Shown one piece after another: positions 26,527 to 40,152 of a stretch of DNA of 60,000 nt. A program made the position numbers and the translations under genes. The DNA is taken from contig NC_087447.1 in NCBI RefSeq assembly GCF_036321535.1, positions 45,572,001 through 45,632,000 on the forward strand. Direction: 5' to 3'. Source of the DNA: Camelus dromedarius. Taxonomy: Eukaryota. Each line of letters begins with the position of its first letter. Positions within the stretch are counted from its first letter, which is position 1. The notes beneath the pieces are model-generated. The model searched no databases and was not told where the DNA came from. It was given only the letters and a program-made list of their open reading frames with translations.

Positions 26527-28700
26527 TATTTATTTTTGCCATTTTCATAAATGGTTTATTATGTCTATCCACAAATGGTAAAAGCATACAGAAGTGTATG
26601 TGATACAGAATATAAGTCAAGATCCTCTTTCACATGTTACTTAGTCAAGAAGAAATGTATTATGTACATTGAGATTACCTACTGATGTGTGTAGAAAGTT
26701 TAAATTAGCTGCAAGAAATTTTATCTAGACACACACCTGCCTAGTGCTAGTATATGTATATACATACACACAAACACACACACACATACATATTCCTTTT
26801 TGGTTTTCCTGAATCCTGCCTACATATTTGCAATGACCCCTGACCCCTTTATAAAATTTTTTCAATTCTCCAGTTTGACAATGGCATGTTCTTCCTGACA
26901 GAAAGTTAACTAATACAAAGCAGAAATGTCTACCTCATATACATGCATACATCTCTCTTGTCACTTTTCTGTCTCTGTGTTTATCACCATCACTATCTTC
27001 GAGTTTATTATTGAAGTTTTTACATGTGCAATTTTTTTCTTCATTTTCGTACAAAAAGGCTGATGTTCACTTTTTGATTAATCAGGCCAAAAAGTCCTTT
27101 TTTTTCCTAAAATGGGGGTATTCACCTGAAAAAAGTCGGTTGCCCACGTGGAAGAGAGAAAGATTCAGGTAAGTCTTTGCATATTTAGTTTTTCTACATA
27201 TGACAATGAGGAAGAGGAAGGAGAGGACAGGCAGCAAGTCAACCTAGACAAAAAGGAGAACGAAGGACTCTTTCACAAAGAAAGGTTGAATAAATTCCTT
27301 AAGAGACAATGCATATAGAGCAAAGTAGATGGAAATCACCTATGATTTACCCTGGAGCTAAGATTCCACATGGTCAGCATATATGAAATAATGCCTTTGT
27401 CATGTATAAAACCTACCTGCATGTATTTGTTTAGTCTTTTTGGTATTTTCATATTCACTGGCCTTGTCTGCTATAAAATCGATCTTCTTATCTGATTTAA
27501 TCTTCAAAAGTATATTTTCATAGATTTTTTTTTGTTTTAAATTCTTTACAAACTGCAGTTTGTTGTCTACTTTTATTGTTTTCTGAGATAAGTTTACTTC
27601 CTAAATGACTTTTTTTAAAACTATAGTTCTGTATAGTTTTCACTTTTTATTACCTTCTATATTCTTTCTTATTTTCAGATTACCTAGCATTAATGCTGCA
27701 CAAAATGTGACTATTTACATTTTTCAGCTTCCCATTATTTAACCAAGGGGAGGTGTTTTTTTTTGGGGGGGGTGTCATTTAAAATACTATTTGTACAAAA
27801 ATAATCAGTTTGGGTTCTATTTGAATCTTTTTTCTAATTGTCTCAAATCTGTTTCTATTCTCCCGTTAAAAAGTACACTTTACGCTTGAGTGTTGAAAAT
27901 TTGCTTGTTTCTTCTTATTTCCTACGGAATTGTGTGAGACAGCAAGAGTCTTGGGCAGCTACAGTTCATGGTGATCTGGGGGATCGCTCTTGCTCTATTT
28001 TTGTTTAAAATTCTGCACATGAGACAGACGCCTAATAGGAGAATACACTTACCAAGGGATATTGTTTTTTTTCACCCATTTCATGAGTTATGGAGCCCCT
28101 TTGGGGTTAAATCTGCATTTGCCTTGTGAGTTTTTCCCATTGAAGAAAACTAACTCTATGCATTCATGGCCCAAGCTTTTTCTGACAACTATTCCACTAG
28201 AAGTAAACAAAGAAATGTAATATTTTCATTTATTCCATCTCTAAATTCAAACATCCATTTGATTATGATTTGACTCAAAGTATGGAGAATGAAGTCTACT
28301 TTGTCTCAGTGGAAAGAAAATATACCTAGTTATTAGTACCAACTCTACTATGTATTATCTCTTTCACTTTTGAATAGTTAAGTTAACTTCTCTGTTTTAG
28401 TTCTAACATGGAAAATAGGACTTCTCTTCAAACCTGAATGGAAAATATCTCCATAAATTATTTGAATGAAATAAATTCCCTCTTACTAGACTCCCTGGCA
28501 CCAGGATTTTAAGATGCTTTAAAGATAGGAAGGAATAATGGAAATAATTGAAAGATTTTTCTTCTTGAATGGACATATAGAATTTATGAACTATCATGGA
28601 AGTATTATGCACCAAATGTGTCCAAGAGTTTCTACACAGGTCATTTTCAGGATGAGGAAAATGAATATAAAGGTCAAAATACTGGGGACTCTTTCACCTT

Positions 28701-29681
28701 CTAAGTGTGAGCAAGCCCAGCCCTTCTGGATGATAATACTCTAAGAAAGCCTTGGCGAATCTGCTTTGTCTTGATACTATAAATAATTGGGTTGAGTACT
28801 GGTGGAACTATCAGGTAAATATCTGCCATGGTTATGTGAATAATGGGGGAGGAGTGTTTTGCAAAGCGATGCACTACAGATAACCCTATCATTGGCACAT
28901 TCAGAATGAGCACAGCACAAATATGGGAGGCACACGTATTGAGGGCTTTGAGTTTCCCTCTCTTGGATGCAATGCCTAGCACGGAGTGGAGGATGAAAGC
29001 ATAAGAAAAAAAGATTCCTAGAGAATCTACACCCCAATAAAATGCAACAACAAACAAGCCATACAAAACGCTGAATGAGATGTCAGCACAGGCCAATTGG
29101 ATGACATCTTGATGTAAGCAGAAAGAGTGGGAGAGAACACGGGAGTGACAGAAGGAAAACGTGGGAATACGAACAAGAACAACAGGGAGGACACTGGAGC
29201 ATCGGATTACAATAAAGACCCCTAAGTAGACAATGCATCGTGGGGTCAGTTTGCTGGAATACCTCAAAGGATCGCAGATGGCAACATAGCATCAAAAGCC
29301 ATGGCTATGAGCACAGATGACTCCATCAGAGAAAAAGTATGAATAAAATATATCTGGGCTACACAAGCATCCAACTCAAATCTCCTTAGCTTCAAACCAG
29401 AAGGTTTTCAGCACTATGGGCAGGGTGGAGACTGACATGCCCATGTCAGTAAGGTACAGCATGGCCAGGAAGTAGTACATGGGCTCATGGAGACTCTTGT
29501 CAGTGTGGATGATGTGAAGGATGGTGCAGTTGCCCACTATCCCAATCAAGTAGAACACACAGAAAGGAATGGAAAGAAAGTGTTGTAAATTGTCATAGCC
29601 AGGAATCCCAGTGAGGTAGAATGAAGCAGACTGCCCAGTACTGGAATTAGAGCCTGTCAGGAGGCTGTCCCATGGAGCCAT
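28701..29681 (-). pseudogene. Class I olfactory receptor, OR51 family, with +1 and -1 indels
   Basis: ATG at 29681 (MAPWDSLLTGSNSS...FYLTGIPG), LHEPMYYFLAML. An extra T near 29378-29380 creates TGA. The intervening frame reads ELDACVAQIYFIHTFSLMESSVLIAMAFD, and a missing base in the DRY Arg codon at 29290/29291 restores the original frame. SHSFCLHQD, KALNTCASH and PPVLNPIIYSIKTKQIR follow. Acceptor AG at 29706-29705. Confidence 0.95.
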
Positions 29682-30627
29682 CTCCCTACCATAAAAATAG
29701 ACTCCTAAAAGGAAGAAAAACACACAACACTGAAAAGATAGCAACTCGTGTTTCTCTATTAGCTTTTCTACCCAACTCTTATTGCTTTGCAAGGACATTA
29801 TGCATAAAGATTTTGCAAAGCTATTCAAAGTCACCATCCTCTTTAAACGTTATTACTGTGTAATACTTAAAATGGTTTATAATTATTATATAGTTATCTG
29901 CCAATCTTTTACCCTATTGATTCTGGATTTGGAGTCATTTGTAGGATGTTCTTTCCTCTCCCAAGTTTACAATATATTCTCACATGTTTTCTACTAACAT
30001 TTTTTATAGGTTGGTTTGTTTTTATGTACTTTTAGATTCATCATTTACTTGCCATTTATTTTTAGATGTGATGTTAAGTAAGAATATTTTCTGAGACCCT
30101 GACTTCTCCATGTTAAGCACTCATTTTCCTCTGACAAAGACACTTGGTAGAAATATTTTAGAGTAAGTGTCAGAAAAAGCTTAAGCATTAAATGCATAGT
30201 TAGGTTTACCCAACAGAAAAAAAAAAGACTAATCAAGTCATATTACAGGGTATGAAAATGATACTTCAAAAAACACTATATACGCACCAAGTGTGGTTAC
30301 CAACTAAAGAGGTAGCTAAATCAGCCCTCAAACTGGTTTAAATGGGAACCAGAAGTCCACAAGCATCCACAAACAGTACTTTAATTTACACAGCTTCAGG
30401 GATTTTGGAGTTTGTTTTCTCTTTCATATTCTCAACCAAGGTTTATTTATGTGTACCTACTCTACAATGAAACAAGAGTTTTGCTTAAGTGAATTTCTAT
30501 CATATGTCCATGGATATAATTGATTTGTGAGCCATATCAGCTTTGTTCATCCTGGAGCCTCCCTTGTATTGTCACTGAAACTCACAGCTAGTTTTCTAAT
30601 GTCGTTATCTGTGAACATGGTCTTGGG

Positions 30628-30663
30628 TCTTGTCAGTGTGGATGATGTGAACGATGGTGCAGT
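30628..30663 (-). repeat. 36-nt copy of OR coding sequence 29495-29530
   Basis: tcttgtcagtgtggatgatgtgaaCgatggtgcagt versus tcttgtcagtgtggatgatgtgaaGgatggtgcagt: 35/36 identical, same orientation. Confidence 0.95.
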
Positions 30664-31499
30664 ACTCCATCCCTAGGGTATTAAATAAAGTTTGCCACCC
30701 CATCCCCAGACTCTGACCCAGTGGCTCACTATAACTGCAACAATCTAGTACCATTTTCTTGATTTTCTTCTTTTTGATATAAATCATAAATAGTCCTTCC
30801 TGCTCAGACTTCAGAGTATTTTTACCAGGCCTCCCTGAGTAAGAGCCTCGCCCTCTCCTGCAAATGCCTCCAAGTTTTACCTGAACATGTGCTGTCTTCT
30901 CACTTTTCTTTACCAAAACATAGGCCTTGGAGAAAACTGAAAGAGGTAGTCCTTGAAAGGAAACACTTTAGTTGGGCAGAGAAGGGAGAAAAGGGGGAAG
31001 AGTTGTGAGAATCCCTGCAACGAGAACACTGCCTTAGGTAGTTGTTGTGGTCCACAAAGTACTGGGGGTGGGGTAGATAATCAGCTAAATTTTGTTACTT
31101 TACTTAACTCAAAGGAATAGTTCTCTAAATCATGGTGACTCGACAATTACAACGGCAGATTGAGGTATTCCTGCCAAGAGGAAGTAAGCCTCATATGAAG
31201 TAGAAATGGAGAGCCAGAACACTTTCAAGCTAGATATTTAGCCTGGGACCTTATAAAACAGTGAAACACAAGCAGAGCTTCCTACTGGGAGAGTTGAGAG
31301 CTTAGAATTTGGAAATAGGAAGGTGTACCTATTTCTAGTGAGAAGGCCTGAAAGCAAGTGAATGAACCACCTTATCCTTCAAGGATTACGCATCCTTGCT
31401 TCAAAAGTAGATGAAAAAGGATCGCAAAAACAAAATAGGTTGCATAATCTGTGTTTCCTCATCTCTCCCCATCTCTCTTTATATTCATATCCTGCCCAA

Positions 31500-32470
31500 C
31501 ACCCTCCCAAAGCTGAGTACCTCTAGTCAAATTAATCAATAATCCCTGGTCACCAAATCTAAAAAATGCTCCTGCCTCAATCATAATATAACTCTCAGGA
31601 GCATGTGCAACTGTTGACCATTTTCTCATTTGAAAATGTTTTTCTCCATATATATATATATTTTTTTTTTAAAAAAAAAGGTTGCTTTTGTCTCCTCCCA
31701 TCTTACTAGTTGCTCTTTTTTTTTTTTTTTTTTAAATCTTCATTGAGTCCTATTCCACTACCAGATTTCTAAATGTTATATCAGTATCCCAGGGCTTACT
31801 TCTGCTTTTATTTCTATTATATAACTACACTTTTTCTTAAGATATTTTATTCAGTAATTCTCTTTAAAAACGATCTATACATTGGTAACTCCACTACATG
31901 TCTCTATCTTTAATCTCTCTACTGATCTCCAGAATGGTGTATCAGATAGTCTACTGGATATCTCAGCTTGGATGTCTAAAAGGCACAGCAAAGGCCACTT
32001 GGCCAAGAAAGAATTCTTGATAAATTGCCTTAATATTTCTATCTCAGTAAATGTAACTCATGCTATACAGTTGGTCAAAAACTAGATATTGCCTTTGGTT
32101 ATTCAAATTCATTAATATGCCCTCCTATTACTACATTCAAATTATTTTAACTAATTCACTTCTGCTCTTTACCACAGTCATGATTTCTCTTCTAAACCAT
32201 TTTTATTAGCCACTTAATTCATGTAATTCTTTCCACTCTTGCGTCATTTCCCCCAAATTAATTTTCCTTAGAGCAGTGAGTTCTTAAAGACATAGGCAAA
32301 GCAAGTCATTTCTGTGTTTAAAATGCAATTGCTGCCTACTGATCTCTGAAAGGAAAGCAATTGTCGTTACTTATAAAATCCTTCTTCCTTGTGTATGGAA
32401 AGAGGGAGGTGGATTTATACATGTGATTTTGCCCCTGCTCCCCTTCCTCATCATCTTTGTGCTCTCATGC
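31500..32470 (+). mobile_element. LINE-2 fragment, degenerate
   Basis: ctctctactgatctccaga...tctactggatatctcagcttggatgtctaaaaggca is a recognisable L2 segment. Boundaries are approximate. Confidence 0.65.
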
Positions 32471-35400
32471 TCAAATCCACTTGATTGTCTCTTACAGAGT
32501 TTTATTACTTCTTATCTCACTGCCACCCTTGTTCACCAAACTACAGACATTCCTTCCTTCTTTCTGTTTATATAATAATCCAAGTTTCTTTCTCACCACT
32601 CTATTCAAATACTCTCTGTCCATTATCTAAAATACCCAAACACAACTCATCTCACATTACTTCATCACATTACACGGTTTTTTCCTACAAAATTCACTCA
32701 TTTTTCATCTCACTCAAATCCACTATCTCCAACTCCCAAAGCCAACCTCTTTTCTTTAACCCATACTTTCTTTCCTTCTTTCCACTGACAAATTGATAGT
32801 GGTTTTCCCTCCCAGCTCTGCCTTTCTTCCCCATAATAGACTTACTCCTGTCTGGAGGCTACTTCTGTTTCTCTATCACTTAACTTTCACTGCTTTGTTT
32901 TCTTGCTCATAGTTAAAGTGCTCAAGCTGGAGATAGTGTTTCTAAAGGGATATAGAAGGTTACCAGTTTGTCCCTCTGTGATAAAAAGAAGCTCTTTATT
33001 TTTCCTGGTTATATAGGGTCCTTCAAAGCCTGAGGGACCCATAGTCACTAATGCTACACAAGGAGTAGGGACCTGTGGGCCAAAGGGATGGATGTTGTTC
33101 AATATGAGACAGCAGGAATTTCTACAGGAACAGAGAATGTCTAAGGGAGATGTAAGTGGACAAATTCAAGGAAACCCTGACTATCTCTGACGGCTGGCTG
33201 AGTTTAGATACACAATGGGAGGTGGGAGGGCTCCAACTGAATAAAGCATTAGTGGAATAAAAGGACTATACATACTAAGACTATACAATAAAGTTATGGG
33301 ACAGTGGAACTAAACTAGGCACTAAGACTGGGCAGGTCCTAGAAATTACCAAGACTATGGGATGGGGTCCCCTAGGGATCTTCCCTAGATGTAAGAGTGA
33401 GTCAGAAACAGATATGTTCTCAGAGGGACTAAGTATAGGTTCAAATAATCTCAAATTCTGATTTGATTCAAGAGATATGAGATTATTAGTGCCCACAGCC
33501 ACCTGCTGGAATTATATCCAAATCCTCTAAACTGGAATAATATTACATAATATTAGTCTAGGCTTAAATTGTTTCTAGTTTATTTTTACACAAAATATTT
33601 GGCCTTAGCATAACCAAGAAGAGAAAGAAACAAATATACATAACATGAAATTAAGATTAAAAAAAAGTACTACAAGAATAAACATAGGGTATACAAAAAT
33701 ACAATTTTCAGATAGGCTTTGTAATAACTATAAATAAACACACTCAAGAAAATAGAAGGTAATATTTAAGTATTCAGAAAAAAACTGAAATATTTTTTAA
33801 AGATTCAAATGAAAATTGTATAATGGAAAAAAAAAAAAACTAAAAGCACAGATTTAAGAAATCAAGTCTTCAATATTATGAGAGAATTACATGATTGAAA
33901 AGGTAAGTAAATGCCCAAATTATGGAGATCTCATGTAGTAAAGCCCAGATTTCAACCCAGGCAATCAAGACCTATAACTAAGTTTCTTACCTCCATTTAT
34001 ATGTGGTCCAGTAAAAATTTAAGCTAAAAATTAATTTTCAACAGTTATATTTTGGAAAGGTGCCAGAATTTAGAAGAAAAAAATAAACACCAAAATGAAC
34101 ATCAATTCTCTCTTGACAAATACACATTATATTAAGAGGAGAACTGTTGAGAATGAATATCTAATTAAATGAGTCTAAATATGTATGTATATATATTTTA
34201 ATATATATTCATTATTTATATATATAAGAAACATACTATTTTTGAAACTTTATGAACACAACTGTCATTGTATCAACAAGTGTTGCTTCTCAAATAAGTT
34301 ACATTATTTGTATATTATAATGAAAGGTGTTTTTTATATAAAATAGTCTTGACTAAATATTAGGTAAATCTAGATTGTATTATTGAACTTTTTTAATGAA
34401 AATTATCTAAGTGGCAAAGTGAAGAAATATGCTATCCATTATCCCACTACCCCAATATAATTCTTTTGGATATATTCAGGTGTTCTCTCCCCTTTTTTAT
34501 ATAGTTGAAATGTTAATAACCACACATTTTGTACTCTGATTTTTTCTTATATATCAAATACATTTTACGTCTAATTAATTTCTTAAAATAAAATCTCAAA
34601 AATAACATTACTGGAGTAAAGGAGAAGACTTTTTTCACTACTTAACTATTTAACTTTTTAACATATCACTTATAGCGGTTTAAGTACATATTTACTAGTA
34701 ATATTTTTGTCACTTGGATATTAAAATAAGCTCATAATAAATGAGTCCTTTTCTTGAAACGTAAGCATAATCCATTCACATTTCTTTATATTTTAGCTAC
34801 CTTAGAAAACCTGACATCATCTTAAACCTGGTCTTTCAAAACAGCCTTAGTATGGACTTTGTTTCCAATTTTGACAACCTACATCAGTTCTTTATAGAGG
34901 AGATCAAGTTACACATTGCTGGAAAAATGGTATCTTATTGCGCTGAGACTGAAATTAAGCTTTTTCACTGATCCCTACCCTTTGCATACCTTGTTTCAGC
35001 TATCCTACCCTTCTTCTCCTCAATTCTTAGCAAGAATTTTCTCCTCATACCTTTTTCTTGCAATAATTTTCCTCAGTTCTTTGAACGACTCATCCAGGTC
35101 TCAATTCAACCATTATCTCCAACAGAGTTCTTTCCTGATCTTTTTCTAAGTTCTTCCCACCTCTAGTCAGTCTCTATTACGTCACTTCTTAACTTCATCA
35201 AAGAACTTTATTTCCTGAAATATTACAATTTTTAAATGTATTGCTGATTTCCCCACTATAAGAAATATTCCTAATATGAAGGACCTTGTATGCTTTATTA
35301 TATTCCCAGCTCCTAGAATATTACTATTACCTACTATGTAGAAGGACGTCAATTAAATGAATAGAAGAGTTGTTTTCACAAATAATGCAGGAATGTGAAA

Positions 35401-38400
35401 GAGTTCCATGTGAATGTGGTACAGTAAGAGATCACAAAGCTTCTTTGCACAGTCATGTTCAGAACAGTAGATGCTCATAATTTTGTGTTTTTTCTTTATT
35501 TCTAGTATTTCTATCACACTTACATAAAGAATTAATCTTCCTAATCAGTGAAATGATTAAATAACATACATACTGAGGAACTGGAGAATGGTTAAATAAA
35601 TACTGGAACATAAATTCAATGATATATTTTGTAATTATTAAAATTATAATTATGAAAACTTTAGCGTTAAGAGAAAAGTCTTCACTGCATATTTTCTAAT
35701 AGGAAATTAGGAATTATGTATACTTAGCCAAGTCAAAAGTTGTTATTTAAAGCCTATGTGGTTATAAATTTGAAACAATTTTGTGAAAAAAGTATATGTG
35801 GAAACTAATTATTTTTGACCAACCAGTGCATCCCCAGGAAAATAACTTCACAGTAGAATAGATTCCATTGAAGAAATGATCTGTTTATTCCTAACTTCTA
35901 GGATCTTTAAGAAAAATAGTGGAAGAATAATTCTGAGGACTTGTTTCTATTTTCCACTCAAAAATCTGCTCTGGCATATGCTGGGCTCCACAGGGAACCC
36001 ATGCACACCTGGGCCATTTTCTTGGCTCCTGGGAGGCTGTGGCTCTAGAACTATTAATACAGTTAAGGTTAGCTGAAAAAGCAGCAGATTATAATGAAGA
36101 CAATGCAGGAGCTTCTGGTGACACAGGACAGGTGAGATCAAGGATAATACAACCCCCTCAATATCTCCCTTTATCACCAAAGGTATGGGGCAGGAGGTCA
36201 TGGGTTTCTCATCAAGGCCAAAGAGAATCAGAAAATAGAATGATACTGGAAAATTAAAAGCAGTGCTCTAGGGTAGCAGGGGGTGAGAAAATGATGCAGT
36301 GATGATGATAGTATCTTCTATTAAAGAAACTCATCAAGTTGAAAAAATGCCATAAAATCTTTTTTTATTACAGCTTTCTTCTTATTTTCTATCCATCAAT
36401 TCAGTGTCTGAATCAACAGCGGTATTTCTTTAACCACCAGATCTTACTTCTCTAGGATTTTCTTTTTCTCCAGAAGCTTTATATTCTTCCCATTTGATCT
36501 TATCTGTAGGAAAGGATGTCATTCAGTTGAGGTTTTCTATGGATAACTAATGCCAGTGAAGAGGAGATATAAAAGGTTATTGATACTTATCCAAGAGCTG
36601 AGACTGAGAATTCTCGGCTGTGCTACAGGAAGAACCAGCTAGGGGGAGAAGGTGTTTACTTTCTTTTCCAATTCTGCAAGCTCAGGAATGCTACCTACCC
36701 GTGTCATGTCTAAAGCATATATTATTGTTGCTGAAGTGAGAAGCAGGAGCTTTGTGATCTATTGAAGAGAAGTCAATTCCTATAGTGGCAATGAGCCAAA
36801 GAGAAAGAAATTCTAAGCAAGTATGGTATCCTGGTGGTTTCTGGGGAAATAGACTAAATGATGGTGTCCTAAATACAACCCAGGCTGTCTGATTCTTTGC
36901 TTTATCATACTCCACTGTAAAACACCTATATCTGAATTTTTAATTCAGGCCTTATTCACTAAGTCTCCAGAAGTAAGTAAAGACCAAAAAACTGTGAGTC
37001 CAAGGGTTGATGAATATAGAAAGAAATTCTGGGCACAAAAAAATATCCTTTTGGCAAAAGAATAGTAAGCCACTGCATGGGCCCTTTAATCCCCTAAACT
37101 GCAATGTATGTGGAATTTCACATTAAATATACTATTTGCTATTCTGCATTTCTAAGTTTACTTAATTGGCTTCTATAGTTTTTCTTAAACTTGGTAGTAT
37201 TTTGTCAGGTTTGATCCTCTTCTAAATGGCATGCTCTTACTTTTTTTGCATTTCTGCTAAATATCACTTTTTTATCTTCTCATCATTTCCTTTCTTCTAA
37301 ATATTTATTTCTCCTATATTTTAGTGGATTATTGCTGATGTTGTTTTAAAATTCTCAATTCAAAGTTTCTTTACTAAATTTATTTTATCATTCATATAGC
37401 AAATGCAATGGAGTCAAAACTTTATTACAAATTTCAGAATATGTAGGTGGCATATGTTCTAGTATCTTACAACTATACAAATGAGTATTGCTTTGAACTT
37501 GGTTTGCTCTTTAATTGAAAAGTTGTTCTGAAAAGTGAATTTAACTGCACAACCATAAGTGTGGTTTGCCTACCTTTTATGTACTAATATCTAGTTTCTC
37601 AACTTCTATTTTATTGCTGAAGTAAAGCTATTATTCAAAATAAATCTTGAACCACATATATTAAGCCAATTTTCAATTTCATTACCAAATAATTTCAGAT
37701 CTCCCTTTTTGCCTTTTCTCTCATTCATTTTCAAATGAGAAATATCCGGCAGTGCTCAGTGGTTGTCAACTCCAAAACTGAGTGATATGTTTATTTTTTT
37801 CTCCTATGCCATCCTCTAGGCTTTAGGATTTTTAATTCTTTTTAGCTTTCTGAACTACAACTGAATTAGATGTTGAGGAGCACAGCTCTAAGAAGTCATG
37901 CATCTTCTGTATATTTCCTAATAGAGGTGGGTTTTCTGCTTAATCACCTCTTTGATCAAATGAGAACAATATCAGTAGAATCTGCACTTCTTATTTCTGC
38001 AGGCTCTCCATCTCCACTTCCTGTATCTTCCGCTGTTTTTCTTTTGTTTTGGTTTTTCTCTCCCTAAGGGTACAAAGTGCCACTATTGCATATCTGGTCT
38101 ATGAGCTGTTCTCACAGTTAATAGTGGAACTTGTGAGCTTGACACAACTTAGCTATATGTCGCTAAATCCCGGTATGTCCAGAACTCTGCAGTCTGAAGG
38201 TGCTGGATAGAAAGGAAGGAGAAATAAGCAATGTTTGGAGGATGAATGAGATATTAGTTGAAAGGATGACTACTGACTGGTTCAAAAGTAGTTACCTTCC
38301 ATAAGAAAGTGGCTCCTAATTTTTACTTAGTCTATGGAGACAGATGCAGGATATGCCCTAGTTTAGAACCTTTTGCTGTCACTTACAGTTCTCATTCCTC

Positions 38401-38542
38401 GGGAAAAGAGTCTAGAATATGTGCAGGTAAAATAATTTATCAATACATGCTAATTAGATGTGGTATAGTGGACACTCAAGTGAAATTTAGGACAGAAACT
38501 TCTGTTGTCTTCATTCCACAATATCATATCCATTTCAACAAA

Positions 38543-38748
38543 CAGTTGACACTTGAATTGCACAAGTTCACTTACACACTGATATTTTTCAATAAATACA
38601 TGCAGTACTACACAATCCAAGGGTGACTGAATCCACAGATATGGAACTGAGGATACATAAGGTTGATTATGGGATTTGAGCATCTGAGGATTTTGGCATC
38701 CATGGTGAGTTCTGGAACCAATCCTCCATGGATATCGAGGGAACACTG
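38543..38748 (+). mobile_element. Tigger2-family MITE (MER8-like)
   Basis: Starts CAGTTGACACTTGAA, contains gatatttttcaataaa, and ends ggatatcgagggaacaCTG followed by TA. Confidence 0.75.
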
Positions 38749-39208
38749 TATTTCACAAATAGTTCTGAACAAACAAATTTTAAAGTAAAGTAATACAGTT
38801 AAGGTTAGAGTCTTCTGATTATGAACTTTATGTTATAATTTTCTCTTTATTTTAGAGGTCCAGAATGCTTCAGAACTAAGATTAAGCATCTTATCCATGA
38901 ATCATCTGACTCATACAAGTGGAATAAATATCTCTTCCTTGGGTCATAAACATGTTTGTTCATATACATTTTACTGCATTGATCACACAGGAGTTTAATA
39001 ATGGATTTGCACTGCTTTCTCCTCTATTAAAAAGTTGATATCTAAAGTTAGAGATTAGGTCCTAATTATCATTTTATTTTTAGGGTAGAAAACATTCTCA
39101 GTAATTTTATATTAATAAATAAATGAAGTCATCAGTAAATGAATGGTCATAGAAATATTGAAAGAATCTATATCATGTGACAGCTGAACAGAGGCAGTCG
39201 TTTTCATC

Positions 39209-40152
39209 ATGTCATTGACAAACAATACCAATACCCATCCCAGCACCTTTTTCTCCTTGGCATTCCAGGGATGGAGGCCATCCACACTTGGATATCAGTG
39301 CCCTTCTGTCTTGTTTACCTAAGTGCTCTCCTGGGAAATATCTCTATTCTACTTATTATCAGAACAGATTCCAGCCTGCACGAGCCCACGTACTTCTTCC
39401 TCTGTATGCTCTCCGTGGCTGAACTGATCATCTCCACTACTGCTATGCCCAAAATCCTCAGCATTTTTTGGTTCAATGACAGGGAGATCTATTTTGAAGC
39501 CTGCCTTATACAAGTATTTCTCATCCATTCACTATGCAGCATGGCCTCGGGGTTTATCTTGGCCATGGCCTTTGACAGGTATGTGGCAATCTGCAATCCT
39601 CTGAGACATTCCATTATCCTGACACACAGAGTCATCAAGAACATGGGGCTGGCTATTGTTTTCCGGGGAACTTTGCTTTTCAGTCCTCAGCCCTTCATGC
39701 TTCAGTGGCTTCCCTACTGCAGAACTAATATCATCTCCCACACTTACTGTGAATTCATGGCTTTGATCAAGCTTGCTTGTGCAGAGACCAGGATACGAAG
39801 ACTATACAGCCTAACTGCTGCCTTCCTTACTGGAGATTTAGATTTCATATTAATCCTCTGCTCCTACATTGTCATCCTTTACACTGTCTTCCGTCTTCCA
39901 TCCAAGGCTGATCGGCTCAAGACCTTGGGCACTTGTGGATCCCACGTGTGTGTGATCTTAGTGGCCTACACTCCAGCCTTTTTCTCCTTTCTTAATCACA
40001 GGTTTGGGCATGGTGTAGCTCCTCATGTTCACATCTTTGTGGCCAACATCTATCTCCTCGTCCCATCCATGGTGAACCCAATGATCTACGGCATAAGAAC
40101 CAAGAGGATAAGAGAACGATTCCGCCAAGTTTTGACTTCTCACAAATTCTAA
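39209..40152 (+). pseudogene. Class I olfactory receptor, OR52 family; 1-nt deletion near the N-terminus, 293-aa residual ORF from 39271
   Basis: ATG at 39209 gives MSLTNNTNTHPSTF, including an N-glycosylation sequon, but lies 62 nt from the in-frame ATG at 39271. Adding one base near 39250-39253 gives TFFLLGIPGMEAIH. Motifs LHEPTYFFLCML, MAFDRYVAICNPLRH, SHTYCEFMALIKLAC, TCGSHVCVI, NPMIYGIRTK. Confidence 0.92.

Noticed and set aside
31648..31735. (AT)n, T-run/A-run palindrome and poly-T
   Set aside because: Low-complexity slippage products within an old L2.
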